The notes under the pieces: model-generated
Seen by the model: only the letters and a program-made list of their open reading frames with translations
Database searches by the model: none
Told to the model about the DNA's origin: nothing
Made by a program: the position numbers and the translations under genes
NCBI GenBank assembly: GCA_034780895.1
Contig: JAUZTB010000001.1
Location: 46,985,925-47,049,924 of the forward strand
DNA length: 64,000 nt
Reading direction: 5' to 3'
Origin: Rhynchobatus australiae
Taxonomy: Eukaryota
Shown here: positions 38,526 to 50,432 of the stretch, one piece after another
Layout: every line of letters begins with the position of its first letter
Numbering within the stretch: position 1 is the stretch's first letter

Positions 38526-38615
38526 CTGAATTGTAATTAATCAAAGATAAAAGTTTTAAGGAAGGAATAGAGAAAAAAGGTAAAATTTAACCAATTTGCT
38601 AATGTTAAAACTCAC

Positions 38616-38755
38616 TGCAGAGGGGCGCAATTTCTCTCCCTTCAGTTTCCAATTGCCATGTACATCATCTTCAGAAATTTCTGTCTCAAAACGAGCAGTT
38701 TCTGTTTCTGTGACTTCAACACTGTACAGTGGACGCAATATCTTAATGTCACGTT
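38616..38755 (-). CDS. ttn: Titin exon, Ig I95 first part
   Basis: 140 nt; RDIKILRPLYSVEVTETE. Confidence 0.94.
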
Positions 38756-38925
38756 CTGAAACAAAATAATAGAAAATACTATCCTTCAAGAAACATGCCT
38801 TAATTTGTTTAAAATACACTTAATTTACTAAAAATGCAAGTTCTGAGTCATCTCAGTAAACAACTCTATAAGACATAGAATAAACAGGCTTTACAGCTAA
38901 CAAGATGGCATGCATTTAGTTTTAC

Positions 38926-39192
38926 CTTCAATGTTTAGTTTGGCTGATGTGTTGTCAGAGCCACAGTCACAAGAATATTGCCCCTGGTCGTTCTTCATAG
39001 CTCGCTTAATGATCAATATTCGCTTCTTCCCATCTGCTTTAATCTGAATATTCTTTGAAAGAATCAGTTCTTTTCCATCCTTAAACCATCTAACTGGAGC
39101 AGCAGATTTACTGACTTCACACTGGAAGACAACTTCATCTTTTTCTACAGCTGTGTAGTCTTGTAGTTTACTGATAAAATATGGTTCACCCT
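38926..39192 (-). CDS. ttn: Titin exon, Ig I94
   Basis: 267 nt; GEPYFISKLQDYTAVEKD. Confidence 0.95.
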
Positions 39193-39299
39193 CTAAGAAA
39201 ATCAAAAGGTGAGTCAAGTTAGAAACACTTAAGATTAAATGCAGCACTTCAGTTCAAAGCTTGATTAGCAAATTAATTTATGCGTTTACATATATTTAC

Positions 39300-39566
39300 C
39301 AAGCACTGTAAGTTTAGCCTCTGAACTTTTGTCCATTGCTTCAATTTTGATGAGGGAAGTATCATCGATGGTCACATCCTTGAATGTAATGGTATGGATC
39401 TTATTCTCATCTTTCATAGTCACTGATCGACTTGGATGCAGTCGGATGTCATTTTTGTACCATACAACTGGAATGTTCTCGTGTGAAAGCTCAGTTACAA
39501 ATTCTGCAGTTTCACGTTCTTTTACAGTCTGGTCTTCAAGAGGTTTGGTGAATTCAAGTCTTATGC
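39300..39566 (-). CDS. ttn: Titin exon, Ig I93
   Basis: 267 nt; IRLEFTKPLEDQTVKERE. Confidence 0.95.
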
Positions 39567-39657
39567 CTGTGAAAAATGAATTTATGAACTTCATGCTACA
39601 TGAATAAGAAAACAGTTTTAACTGCTGATGAACTTATCCACTGCAATTTTTACTTGC

Positions 39658-39924
39658 CTTGGATTACTAGTTTGCCACTTGTCCTCTTATCCTCTGCTTC
39701 AAAAATGTATTTTGCTTCATCATCAAATGCAGCTTCTTTAACTGCCAATACATGTTTTGTCCCTTCTGCCAACATTTCAAATTTATTACTAGGTTTAATT
39801 TCATCACTTCCTTTTAACCAGCGGAAAGTCTTGGCCTCTCTGGATACTTCACATTCAAATTTTGCTTCATCTTTCTCATACACATTCACATCATTAAGTG
39901 GTACAATGAAAGTGAGTGGAATTT
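39658..39924 (-). CDS. ttn: Titin exon, Ig I92 (GC donor)
   Basis: 267 nt only with donor AAG|GCAAGT; IPLTFIVPLNDVNVYEKDEAKF. Confidence 0.92.
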
Positions 39925-40078
39925 CTGGAGGGGAATGCAGGAAATAAGAAATTTAGACTGATAATGTTAATTATAAAAATTGTTCATGCCTCTGTTACAA
40001 ATGTACAAGCCTAAACTATAATTATGAAAACTGCAGAATAAAAAATATTCACAGCTCTTTCAAGTGAATTCAAATTAC

Positions 40079-40205
40079 CTNNNNNNNNNNNNNNNNNNNN
40101 NNNNNNNNNNNNNNNNNNNNNNNNNNNNNNNNNNNNNNNNNNNNNNNNNNNNNNNNNNNNNNNNNNNNNNNNNNNNNNNNNNNNNNNNNNNNNNNNNNNN
40201 NNNNN
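40079..40205 (-). CDS. ttn: Titin exon, Ig I91 second part, inferred (almost entirely in N gap)
   Basis: Donor AG|GTAAT visible at 40074-40080; a 136-N gap fits the missing ~127-nt half-domain. Confidence 0.55.
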
Positions 40206-40452
40206 NNNNNNNNNNNAAGATAATCAAAGGTAAATGTGGGTGACATTTATTTATATTAAAAACTGTGCAATCTTTTTTACCCAAATATATTTAGTTTTCT
40301 ATGTATCACGGAGCATTCATTAAGATCATGATTTTGTCATGAAAGTGGCTGATTAACTAACATAATTCTGAGGTAAAATTATTTATCCCAGAATAATGCC
40401 AAAATCAAGAATGCAAAATTTAATTTCAAACCAAATTAAGAAAACAACATAC

Positions 40453-40592
40453 AGGTGACATGAGCAAAGTTTCGCCTTTCAGCTTCCACTGGAGATGAAC
40501 ATCAGTTTCTGAAATCTCCACTTCAAAACGGGCAGTTTCACCTTCAAAGATTTCTATGCCATGTAATGGGCGCACCACCTTGATGATGCGAG
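40453..40592 (-). CDS. ttn: Titin exon, Ig I91 ('I27') first part
   Basis: 140 nt; RIIKVVRPLHGIEIFEGETARFEVEISETDVHLQWKLKG. Confidence 0.93.
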
Positions 40593-40690
40593 CTGTAATC
40601 ACATTAGTATTAAAAATTGGAGTTTAAATTGCACATTTAGAAACTATAACTGATGAAAAATGCATACATACTTATTCATAAAGAATATAC

Positions 40691-40954
40691 CTTCAATATT
40701 CACAGAGGCTTTTGTCTTGTCAGTTCCACAGTCACATTCATATACACCCTTGTCTTTATCGTCAGCTTTTTTGATTGTCAGAATACAGCGTTTCCCAATA
40801 ACTTTCATTGAAACTCTTTTTGATGCTTTGATTTCATTGCCATCTTTTAGCCATTTAACTGGTACTTCTTTGCTGAGTTCACATTCAAGACTGATCTCAT
40901 CTCTCTCTACAGCAGTATAATCTTGTAGTTTCACAGTGAAATAAGGATCAGCCT
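40691..40954 (-). CDS. ttn: Titin exon, Ig I90
   Basis: 264 nt; ADPYFTVKLQDYTAVERD. Confidence 0.95.
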
Positions 40955-41150
40955 CTGTGGGTGAAAGAAAAACAGCTAATGTTCTGCTTGAAGAAAGGTT
41001 GCTTCTCTGACATACATTCTCAAAACTTCTCGTTAAATATCAATAATAATGTGGTTCTCTTTTTTAATACTTTATCAGTACCATTATGATATGAACTGCA
41101 CACAACACATGGTGCCATAATTCAAAACAATTGCATTACTCAATCCTCAC

Positions 41151-41414
41151 CTAGGACATTCAGATTACATTTTGTGGAGAGCTGGGCAACTTCTGCCCGT
41201 ATCTGACATGTATCATCAAGAGTTGCTTCTTTAATTTCTAATGTGTGCTTCTTCCCATCACTGACCAAAACAGTTCTGCTTGGATGAATTTTGTTTTCAT
41301 TTTTGTACCAATTCACTGGGAGATTTTCATGTGACAGCTCAATTTCGAAATGAGCTGTGTTACCTTCTTTGACTGTCTGATCTTTTAGTGGTGTAATGAA
41401 CTTCAATCGCATAC
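41151..41414 (-). CDS. ttn: Titin exon, Ig I89
   Basis: 264 nt; MRLKFITPLKDQTVKEG. Confidence 0.95.
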
Positions 41415-41539
41415 CTTGAAATATAAAGTCATACATGAGCAGTTAATACTACAGCAATTTAAGATCATGTAATTAATTATTCATTTCAAATCTAAATATT
41501 GAAAGGTGAAATAAATTGCTATTATTTGCCAATCAAATA

Positions 41540-42095
41540 AAATGCAGATGCTGAAAATATGAAATAGAAACAGAAAATGTTGAAAACACTCAGCAAGTAA
41601 GGCAATATCTATGGGAAGAGAAACCGAGCTAATAGTTTAGGTTAAATACCCTGCATCAGAATTGGGAAAAAGAGAATACCAGTTAGTTTTGTGCAGTAGA
41701 GAGTGCGTGGCAGGATCAAGATAGGATGCAACTCAAGTTGTTGTGAGAGACTAGAGCTCTGTGAAATAGATCAGATGTTATCTGAAGTTGCAGATTTCAA
41801 TTTTGAGTCCAGAAGGCTCCAACATGCCTATGTGGAAGAAGAGGTACTGTTCCTCATTAATCTATCAATTGTATAACTTCACCAACAGCCTATCCCCACA
41901 GTAACTGTGGTCTCACCCTAATACAGATATTCCTTTCAACCTATCCATCCATCTGTCACCTACTCTGTAACTTAAAACTAACTTGTTTTCCTTTCTTTTC
42001 CACTTCTGATGAAGGGTTTTCGATCTTAAATATTAATTAAGTTTCTCTTTCCACAGATGTTGCTGAACCTGCTAAGTGTTTCCACCATTTTTTGT
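41540..42095. mobile_element. Penelope-like element remnant with inverted pseudo-LTR pair
   Basis: 41781-41856 minus translates EEQYLFFHIGMLEPSGLKIEICNFR (GIY-YIG C-terminal motif); opposite-orientation repeat copies at about 41540-41661 and 42004-42095. Confidence 0.7.
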
Positions 42096-42779
42096 TACCA
42101 TTACTTGGCTCATTGCCCTTTCCTCTGAGCGCCACTCCAGTGATTTCACACATAATTTAAGCAGACACTTGAGTGCATATTTGAGGTACTACAGCTTTTC
42201 AGGAAAAATACTTAAATTGAGGTTCTATATTGCTCCTTAAATTAATTTGAAAGATGGGTTTATTTGAAATAGAGCAAGGGGATTTTTCCCTAGTCTCATG
42301 GGCCAACATTTATCATCATTAATGCAATATATTTGGTCATTAGTTCATAGCAGTTTGTGGGAAAATTGTGTTTGTTTTTTTTCTGTAATACTTCTATGGC
42401 TGTACTTCAATAAGTATTTCATTGCAGTCTGAGACATCCAGAGCTAGTGGAAGCAACTAAGAATCCAAACAACTATATGTTTTATAGATTGTTTTCTGGA
42501 TTTATGGTAAGGAGCACCAAAAGCCGATTTGGTTATTTAATATACTTGACATATTCAGAATAATGAGATTTGCATCTTTACTTTCCTTATATTTTCAAAA
42601 AACTTCCAAACAAGGATGGCTGCATAAAGCAATTAACTATTTCATATTTATTGGAATAGGAATTCACAAACATTCTGTTACACAGGCTCAATGTAGATAA
42701 AAGTGAAAATATTTTAATTAAGTGCTATAGGCACATTCAACCAATTGGTAGTTTAAATATAAATTAGAAAAAAACCTAC

Positions 42780-43046
42780 CAGTCACGGTCAGTTTTGCAG
42801 TTGATTTCTTGCCTTCAATTTCAGCAGTATNNNNNNNNNNNNNNNNNNNNNNNNNNNNNNNNNNNNNNNNNNNNNNNNNNNNNNNNNNNNNNNNNNNNNN
42901 NNNNNNNNNNNNNNNNNNNNNNNNNNNNGTGCCTTTCATCCACAAAATTTTGGGAACCTCCTTGTTAAGTAGACACTCAAATCGTGCCTGACGTTTCTCT
43001 GGAACAGTCATGTCTTTCAATGGTGTCGCAAAGTCAATTTCTAATT
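42780..43046 (-). CDS. ttn: Titin exon, Ig I88 (partly N)
   Basis: 267 nt; LEIDFATPLKDMTVPEKRQARFEC. Confidence 0.93.
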
Positions 43047-43170
43047 CTGTTAAACATATAACATGTTAGTGAAAGCTGAATTAAGAAAAACTGGACAGTC
43101 CAAATTTTGGGAAAATTCCTTTGTTATTACAAAGAAAACTTCTCTGCATTCATCAGGCATTGTTAATTAC

Positions 43171-43297
43171 CTTTAACTCTCAAATAAGCAATGGATGTGG
43201 CATTGCGTGCCTTGAAGACAACTTCACCAGCTTGATCTAATTTGACATCATGAAGGACCAAGAAACGCTTATTTCCTTCTGATTTTATTTCACAAGT
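43171..43297 (-). CDS. ttn: Titin exon, Ig I87 second part
   Basis: 127 nt; TCEIKSEGNKRFLVLHDV. Confidence 0.94.
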
Positions 43298-43399
43298 CTG
43301 TAAAATAAAGATCACAATTTATTGTTTCCATAAAAGAACAATGCCCTCAAATTCCACATTTTTCATAATAAAGTTTTAAAATCTGGAGAAAAAGCTTAC

Positions 43400-43536
43400 A
43401 CGTGATGGGCGCAGAATCTCTCCCTTGAGCTTCCACTCAACCGGAACATCTTGCGAGATCTCCGTTTCAAAGGTGGCTGTTTCTTTCTCATAAACTTCTA
43501 CACTTTGCAGTTCAGTAAGTATGTCTATCTCTCGTT
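43400..43536 (-). CDS. ttn: Titin exon, Ig I87 first part
   Basis: 137 nt; REIDILTELQSVEVYEKETATF. Confidence 0.93.
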
Positions 43537-44559
43537 CTATAAATACATTAAATACATTTTTTTCATTAAAATATACAGCTAATGACAGACCTGAAAAATC
43601 TAACGCATTTTCATGAGATCCTGACTTACAGAATCATCATCAAGCTGTAGAAGGGGAAATCAAAACAGATAACTAAATGCAGGAGACTCATCATACAGAG
43701 GTGAAGTCTAAATATTTGTGGTAACCACAGCTGAGTTAATGTTTGAAGCAAAGACGGTTTTAATATTTCAGAACATGTCAGCTTGTAGGCTGACAAAGTG
43801 AGAACTAATCAAGCACATTGATTAAGGACTATAATTCATGTGGAGAATAAACATTAGCACAGACTTAATACATTGAATGGCCTGTTTCCAGGTTGTAATT
43901 TCCAGAATTATTTTATTAATAGCAAGAATGATATTGATCGGCAAGAATATTCATATAGTTAATTCATTACTTCTGCAGAGAAGGTTGAACATTTTGGGTG
44001 GGATTGTGCTAGTATCACTGCCTGAGATCTCTACTGGCCCACATTCAATTGTTCCAGATGTGGAGGGACAACCTCACCAGCCAGCTACATCTTGGAGACA
44101 AGGTCTTAGCATAACTAAACCTCAGAAAATGCTAATCAGAGGTCCTGCCCCGGAACACCCTTATAGCTTTTGACAAAAGGCAAAGCAGGAGTGAAGCTTT
44201 GACATCTACCAGTCTATAAATGAACTTAACAGCTTTTAAGTACATTAGATTAATACTTTTTAAATGTTTTTCATTGTTTAAAGTTAAACAATTAAAGACA
44301 AATCTTAACTGCCCCAAACTGCAGGTCAATAATTCCCCAATTCCTGAAGTGAAAGGGTTTCAACAGGGTCCCCAGCATCAGGCTGAGGAATCACAGCAAG
44401 ATTGGGTTTGACTCCTGAAATCCCTTGGAGTGCAGTTATAGATGAAGTGGTGCACATTACACAGTACGTCTCAAAGGACTTACAGCAGATCTGAAGGACT
44501 AGCTTCACTTCAATCAGCTTACAAAGCAAAGACCAGTGCAGCCTTTAGTTCTGTCATCA

Positions 44560-45530
44560 GCCTATGACAGAGTTTGAATAGAGGCCTGTTGCTGAAACTC
44601 GCAAGGATCATCTCCAAACACTTTCTCTGATATAGATGATGATGGGTGATAGGCCGCTATGTGTCTGTCTGAGTGACAAAGTCAGCTCGTTCCAGTTGCT
44701 CAACAATGGACTCCCACAGGGTTCTATACTTGCATCAACATTTTTCAACATCTCAACAAGAGACATGCTACCGATAGAGTTATGCAAATTTGTATATGTG
44801 AATAATCTTGTTTTAGCCACACAAGCACCTATCAAAAATGACACAGGGTCCACTCTGAATAGGGACTTAAAGATCATAAAGGATTATTAATGGAATTAGA
44901 TATTCAAGTCAAAATCCAAGGAAACAATAGTCATTTTGATTACTATCCGACCAATCAAATCTTGAATTCTACAAAAATATGAAAGTTACCCCACTCTAAT
45001 TTGTCAGAGAATGATTCTAGAATCTGGGCTAACTTTCAAATTAAGTAGCTGGGGTGATGAAGACCACCTGGCCCTAGCATATTCAGTAGCTGTACTGTAC
45101 ATTAGTCTGGACCAGATGCTGTCATAACTGCTTTGCCAGTGTCCACACAACAATGTAACGTGGGACATCACTGGAACACTTAAGTCTACTCTAATACCAT
45201 AGCTGCCTGATGGGCAACATTACTCTTCCATTCATATGCATGACACTGCATGCCTCTGATAATTAGTGACTTGAGAAAAATGAAGACTTGCCCTCATACA
45301 AGTTCCTCACCAATGCCACTTACTNNNNNNNNNNNNNNNNNNNNNNNNNNNNNNNNNNNNNNNNNNNNNNNNNNNNNNNNNNGATGAAGTTTGGAAAGTC
45401 ATATGGAACTCATCAGAAATCACAGACACATCTTGTGATCTCCTCTATAGGTTATGGCCATTTCTAAATTGTATTTGGACAGATCATTGCAAATCAATTG
45501 ATATATAAATGGAAATTGAGAACTTCTGCA
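44560..45530 (+). mobile_element. Degenerate Vingi/Ingi-like non-LTR retrotransposon fragment
   Basis: NNGLPQGSILASTFFNI...KFVYVNNLVLATQ (decayed PQG/YADD), then SSWG, LALAYSVA, ITGTLKST motifs. Confidence 0.6.
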
Positions 45531-47949
45531 ATATCTGACCTACATACAAATAAAAATATATTAAAAAATACAGAAATCGGCTATCTGGCCCTTTGAGCTA
45601 GCTCTGCCATTTAGTAAGATCATTGCCTAAACTGTACTTTTCTGCCCAATCGTCATAATTCTTAACTTTCCTGTGGACCACGTCAATTGGAAGCAGACAA
45701 TGGTACACCAAGCTATCCAACATACAATTCATGAATATAAAAAAAACATTTACGTTCTGCTCCCTCGGGTGCTGTATTCTAGCTTCAATGTCAGAGTATA
45801 AAATTATAGTTGTTGCTCTTGGCCACATAAGGGCACTATTAGGACAAATGACCAATTATTAGGTCAAAGGTAGTTTAAAGGAGTGTATTAAGGAATAATG
45901 CAAAGTTTTAAGGAAACAATTCCAGAGCTGAAACTAAAAGCAGTTGTAGAATGCAGAGCATAAAGAAGATCAGAATTGCAAAAGCATAGAGATCTCAGAG
46001 AACTAAAGAATGAAGTGGATTATTATAGAGATAAGGAGGGGAATGACCATGGAAGCATTTGAGAGTAAGGATCAAAACAAAGATCTTGCCATTGCAGAAG
46101 TCTGTGCAGGCCTCCGCATAATGTGTGATAATTGAATTGATTTGGTGCAAGTTAGATTAAAAGCAAAATAGTTTAGAAGAGCTCAATTTTAAGAAAGGTG
46201 TAAGAAAGGATATGACCCAGAAGAGTACAGGAATAGTAAAGTCTAAAAGCTTAGACTTAGATTTCAGCAGCATATGGATGAAACAGGGGTAGAACTGGCT
46301 GATGACAAATGACCAATTAGCCAGCTCCACCCCTGTCTCATCCATCTGCTGCTGAATTCCTCATTCATGCTTTTAAACTTTACTATTCCTGTACTATTCA
46401 AGATTAGGAGGAAAATTTGTTAATTCTGTTGATTATTGAGGCACTATCTGGAGAACATAAGTTTAAGAACAAAGGAAAGTACTGAGGTAATTTCATTTCT
46501 GGGGTTGTTAAAAAAGGAATGCTCACCAAAGTGGCAGGTGGAACCATTGTACTTTTGAAACAAAAAGTAGATAAATTTTGAAAAATGTAATTGGTTATGA
46601 AGGAAGGAAAGAAATTGGTCCTAAAAAAAATGGGACTTATGCCTCACCTCCTTATGTAAACTTGTTTAATTCTAAGTGGGAATATATTGAAATATTCTGC
46701 TAAACTTTCCACTTTATGTTGTTAGACAGCACAGAAATTTTTATATTAAATCAGTGACTTGCCTTTGTTGTTGGCCACAAATAATTTGATGAATATACAT
46801 ATTACTTACATATATCTGCATATAAAAATTATATACATAATATTTATATTTTGTAAATAGATAATATAGATCATAGATAATTAGATAGATAATAAATAAT
46901 TAGGTAAAGATTTTTGAATCAAGCCTCAAAAAGCCTCTTGTGGCCTGAGCCTGCGTGTACATTCCTTTAGCCCATATAGTGAAAACGACTTGAACTGCTG
47001 TTAGAATTGATGTAGGCACTAGATTATATTTGGCAAGTTTGCCTCCAACCCTGCTGCCTTTGCATTGCCTTCATCCTGAACGACGGATGGTTCTGAACAT
47101 CTGGTGACTGGCACACAGACCAGTTAAGCAACAGTTCAATCTTGTATTGAGTCTTGCCCCTACTCTTGACTTTAAGTTAGACCTCCCCCTTGCCCCCATT
47201 AACATGCTGGGGCTCACCATTCATCTAAAATGTAACTGTATCAGACACGTAACTACTGTGTCTACAAGAACAATCCAGAAGCAAAACATCCTACAGCTGG
47301 GTATCCTCATTTCCTGACTCCAGACATGAATTAGGAGTGCATTGAAACACACTCCACTTGTCTGGATGAGTTCTAACGACAATTCCAACNNNNNNNNNNN
47401 NNNNNNNNNNNNNNNNNNNNNNNNNNNNNNNNNNNNNNNNNNNNNNNNNNNNNNNNNNNNNNNNNNNNNNNNNNNNNNNNNNNNNNNNNNNNNNNNNNNN
47501 NNNNNNNNNNNNNNNNNNNNNNNNNNNNNNNNNNNNNNNNNNNNNNNNNNNNNNNNNNNNNNNNNNNNNNNNNNNNNNNNNNNNNNNNNNNNNNNNNNNN
47601 NNNNNNNNNNNNNNNNNNNNNNNNNNNNNNNNNNNNNNNNNNNNNNNNNNNNNNNNNNNNNNNNNNNNNNNNNNNNNNNNNNNNNNNNNNNNNNNNNNNN
47701 NNNNNNNNNNNNNNNNNNNNNNNNNNNNNNNNNNNNNNNNNNNNNNNNNNNNNNNNNNNNNNNNNNNNNNNNNNNNNNNNNNNNNNNNNTCTATTAGCAT
47801 CTAGGAAAGAAATGCAATTTACAATGTTGACCAAAAACTACAGCAAAATGAATTAAAATTTGTGAACCTACAATTATTATTAATATAAGCATAACCAGTA
47901 CTGGAAGAACAAGTGAGATACACATTTCTGCAAGTAACAGAAGACTTAC

Positions 47950-48225
47950 CATCAACTATCAGATTGGCTGTAGAGGCCTGTCCTTCCACTTCCACTGTGT
48001 ATTCACCAATATCTTCTGGAGTTGCATTCTTCACTGTGAGAGTAAGAATTTTGCCCACTTTCTTAATTTCAGTTTTTGCAGTGGGTTCCATTGGAATTTC
48101 TTCTTCACCTTTGAACCATTTGATATTTGGTGTGTCTTTAGCAATTTCACATTCAAAGACAGCAGTTTCTTTTTGTTTGACCCGTTGGTCCCGAACAGGT
48201 TTAACAAACCATTTCCTGACAATCT
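47950..48225 (-). CDS. ttn: Titin exon, Ig I86
   Basis: 276 nt; IVRKWFVKPVRDQRVKQKETAVFECEIAKDTPNIKW. Confidence 0.95.
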
Positions 48226-48364
48226 CTGGAAGATAAAAAGATACAAACTAAAATCAGTCCTCAAATGCTCATTTCTTGTTGCTTAAGTTATATCAAAACA
48301 CCCATCTGGTTGGGTTTTCCAGCATTTCTGCTCTTGTTTCATTCATCTATACATCTTTACTAAC

Positions 48365-48634
48365 CTTGTACATTAACTTTTCCTTCACATCTTATATTTG
48401 CAGTCTCAACAGAAAACACTCCGGCATCTTCAAACTCAGCACTTGTGATAGTAATGGAACGCTGCAACCCAATGACACTAATTGCATATCTGCTGTGTGT
48501 TTCATCAATTGGTTCACCATCCTTCTTCCAAATCACAGGCTTGTCTTTTGTCAGTTCACAGGTCAGATATAGGGGCTGTCCTTTGAAGACAGTGATTTCC
48601 TCATCCAATGTTTTAAAGAAGGCCACTGGTAATT
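48365..48634 (-). CDS. ttn: Titin exon, Ig I85
   Basis: 270 nt; LPVAFFKTLDEEITVFKGQPLYLTCEL. Confidence 0.95.
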
Positions 48635-48888
48635 CTAAAATAGTTCAGGAAAATAGTAATTTACCAAAAAAATTTGCAAAATCTTCAAAAGCCTTTCATA
48701 ATGTCTGGTACTTTAAATCTAGTGATTTATATTATATTGGCTGTTAAAATGAAACTAATGGAGAAAGTATGTAACTGACTAGATTAGTTTAATAACCATC
48801 CTAGTTTCACAGGATTCCTAATTTGCACCTATTATAACATAATGAACAGTCTTGTTTTTGTTTTGCTTCAGACAGGAATGCAAAGTAC

Positions 48889-49284
48889 CTCTGACAATGA
48901 GCTTTGCTGTGGACATCTTTTCTTGCTTGCCGAGGCGGCCTACACAGGTATATTCACCCGTATCTGAAAGCTGCACATCAATGATATTCAACTTTCTATC
49001 CTTGCCATCGGCGGTGAATTTGTATTTTGGACCTTCTCTTATAGTACTCCCGTCCTTCATCCAAGATGTTAATGCCGTAGATGGGGAAATCAAGCATTCG
49101 AATATAGCAGAAGAACCTATTGACTCCGCTTCTTCCAAAACAACATCTTGTAACTCTCTGACAAATTTCAGCTGGACTGCTTTAAGTTGGAACCCTGCAA
49201 ATGGTGGTTCCTCTGAAGGTGGCCTCCCTCCACCTGGTTTAAGTGGCTTCTTGTCTCCTTCTCCAGGTGATGGTGTCTTTCTCG
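48889..49284 (-). CDS. ttn: Titin exon, end of PEVK plus Ig I84
   Basis: 396 nt; RKTPSPGEGDKKPLKPGGGRPPSEEPP...FQLKAV...GSSAIFECLISPS. Confidence 0.94.
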
Positions 49285-50381
49285 CTAGAATTCAGAGATG
49301 AACATAAATAGATTATATTTTATTGGTTTTATTGCATGCTTCTGAAGAGGATTTTATGTGAACCANNNNNNNNNNNNNNNNNNNNNNNNNNNNNNNNNNN
49401 NNNNNNNNNNNNNNNNNNNNNNNNNNNNNNNNNNNNNNNNNNNNNNNNNNNNNNNNNNNNNNNNNGTTCACATAATTTATGTGAACCAATTATTTAGATG
49501 CCATGTGTCAGTTTCAGTCGATAAAATTCAATGATGACATATATAGAGCACTGAAATTGACTACCCAAGAAGAAACCAAACTCTGAAAATTTGGTTTTGG
49601 TCCTTCTCTAAGGTAAATTGATGCATGGAAGCCCACCATTGAAAGTCTATGCATTCCATCATGCGATAATGATTGCAGACGGCAAGATTTGCACCACATT
49701 CAGCCATTATAATTTCAGCTTGAGTAGATTTGCAATCTTAGTCTTCAGATATAACCAAGTAATTTTGAGCAGCAACAGTTCTGTATAGCCCAAAACATTG
49801 CATTTTGCACATAAACAGAGGAAGACACATGCATTAAAGTATCAAATCTAATATTGTGATCACAATCTGATTATGTACATGGAACATAGTAGGAATTTCT
49901 CTGCTCACTTTTACAGCAAGTCTTCCTTAGCAACATTAATTGCAGAAAATATACAGCAGCAGTATACAAATAGATCACTCATGATCAAGTAAATTGGGTT
50001 AATTGAACTCCACATGTTGCTTTATGAAGCTGCAGGATGTGAAGGACAGCAATACATGCAAAATTAAACAACAGATTGTTATCCAGTCTCTGCAGCCATT
50101 TTGTAACTGGGAGGCCATACAAATTGATTTGACATTACAACTTAAAATAACTGAAGTATAGTAGAGCATTTAATTTTGTTTGCTCTAATGTGCATGATAT
50201 TTGAATAGGATACTTTAGAAAGCAATATAATTTATCCATTTAAATAGACGTAGTACATTGAGAAAGTATTGCATACTGTTTGTGTGCATTTTACGTTCCT
50301 TGGTGCGTGAGGATAAAATATAAATGTTTACAATCAAGCATGGATTTTTACTGTGATTATGTGCATGATAGCCCTTCTCAC

Positions 50382-50432
50382 CTCTTAATAAGCCTCTACC
50401 TTTGCCGGCTTCATCAGCTGGTGCCTTAGCAT
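50382..50432 (-). CDS. ttn: Titin 51-nt PEVK exon
   Basis: cag|AT GCT AAG GCA CCA...AGA G|gtgag = DAKAPADEAGKGRGLLR, phase 1-1. Confidence 0.85.

Noticed and set aside
50291-50330. Possible micro-exon donor (AAC|GTAAA)
   Set aside because: No suitable acceptor nearby
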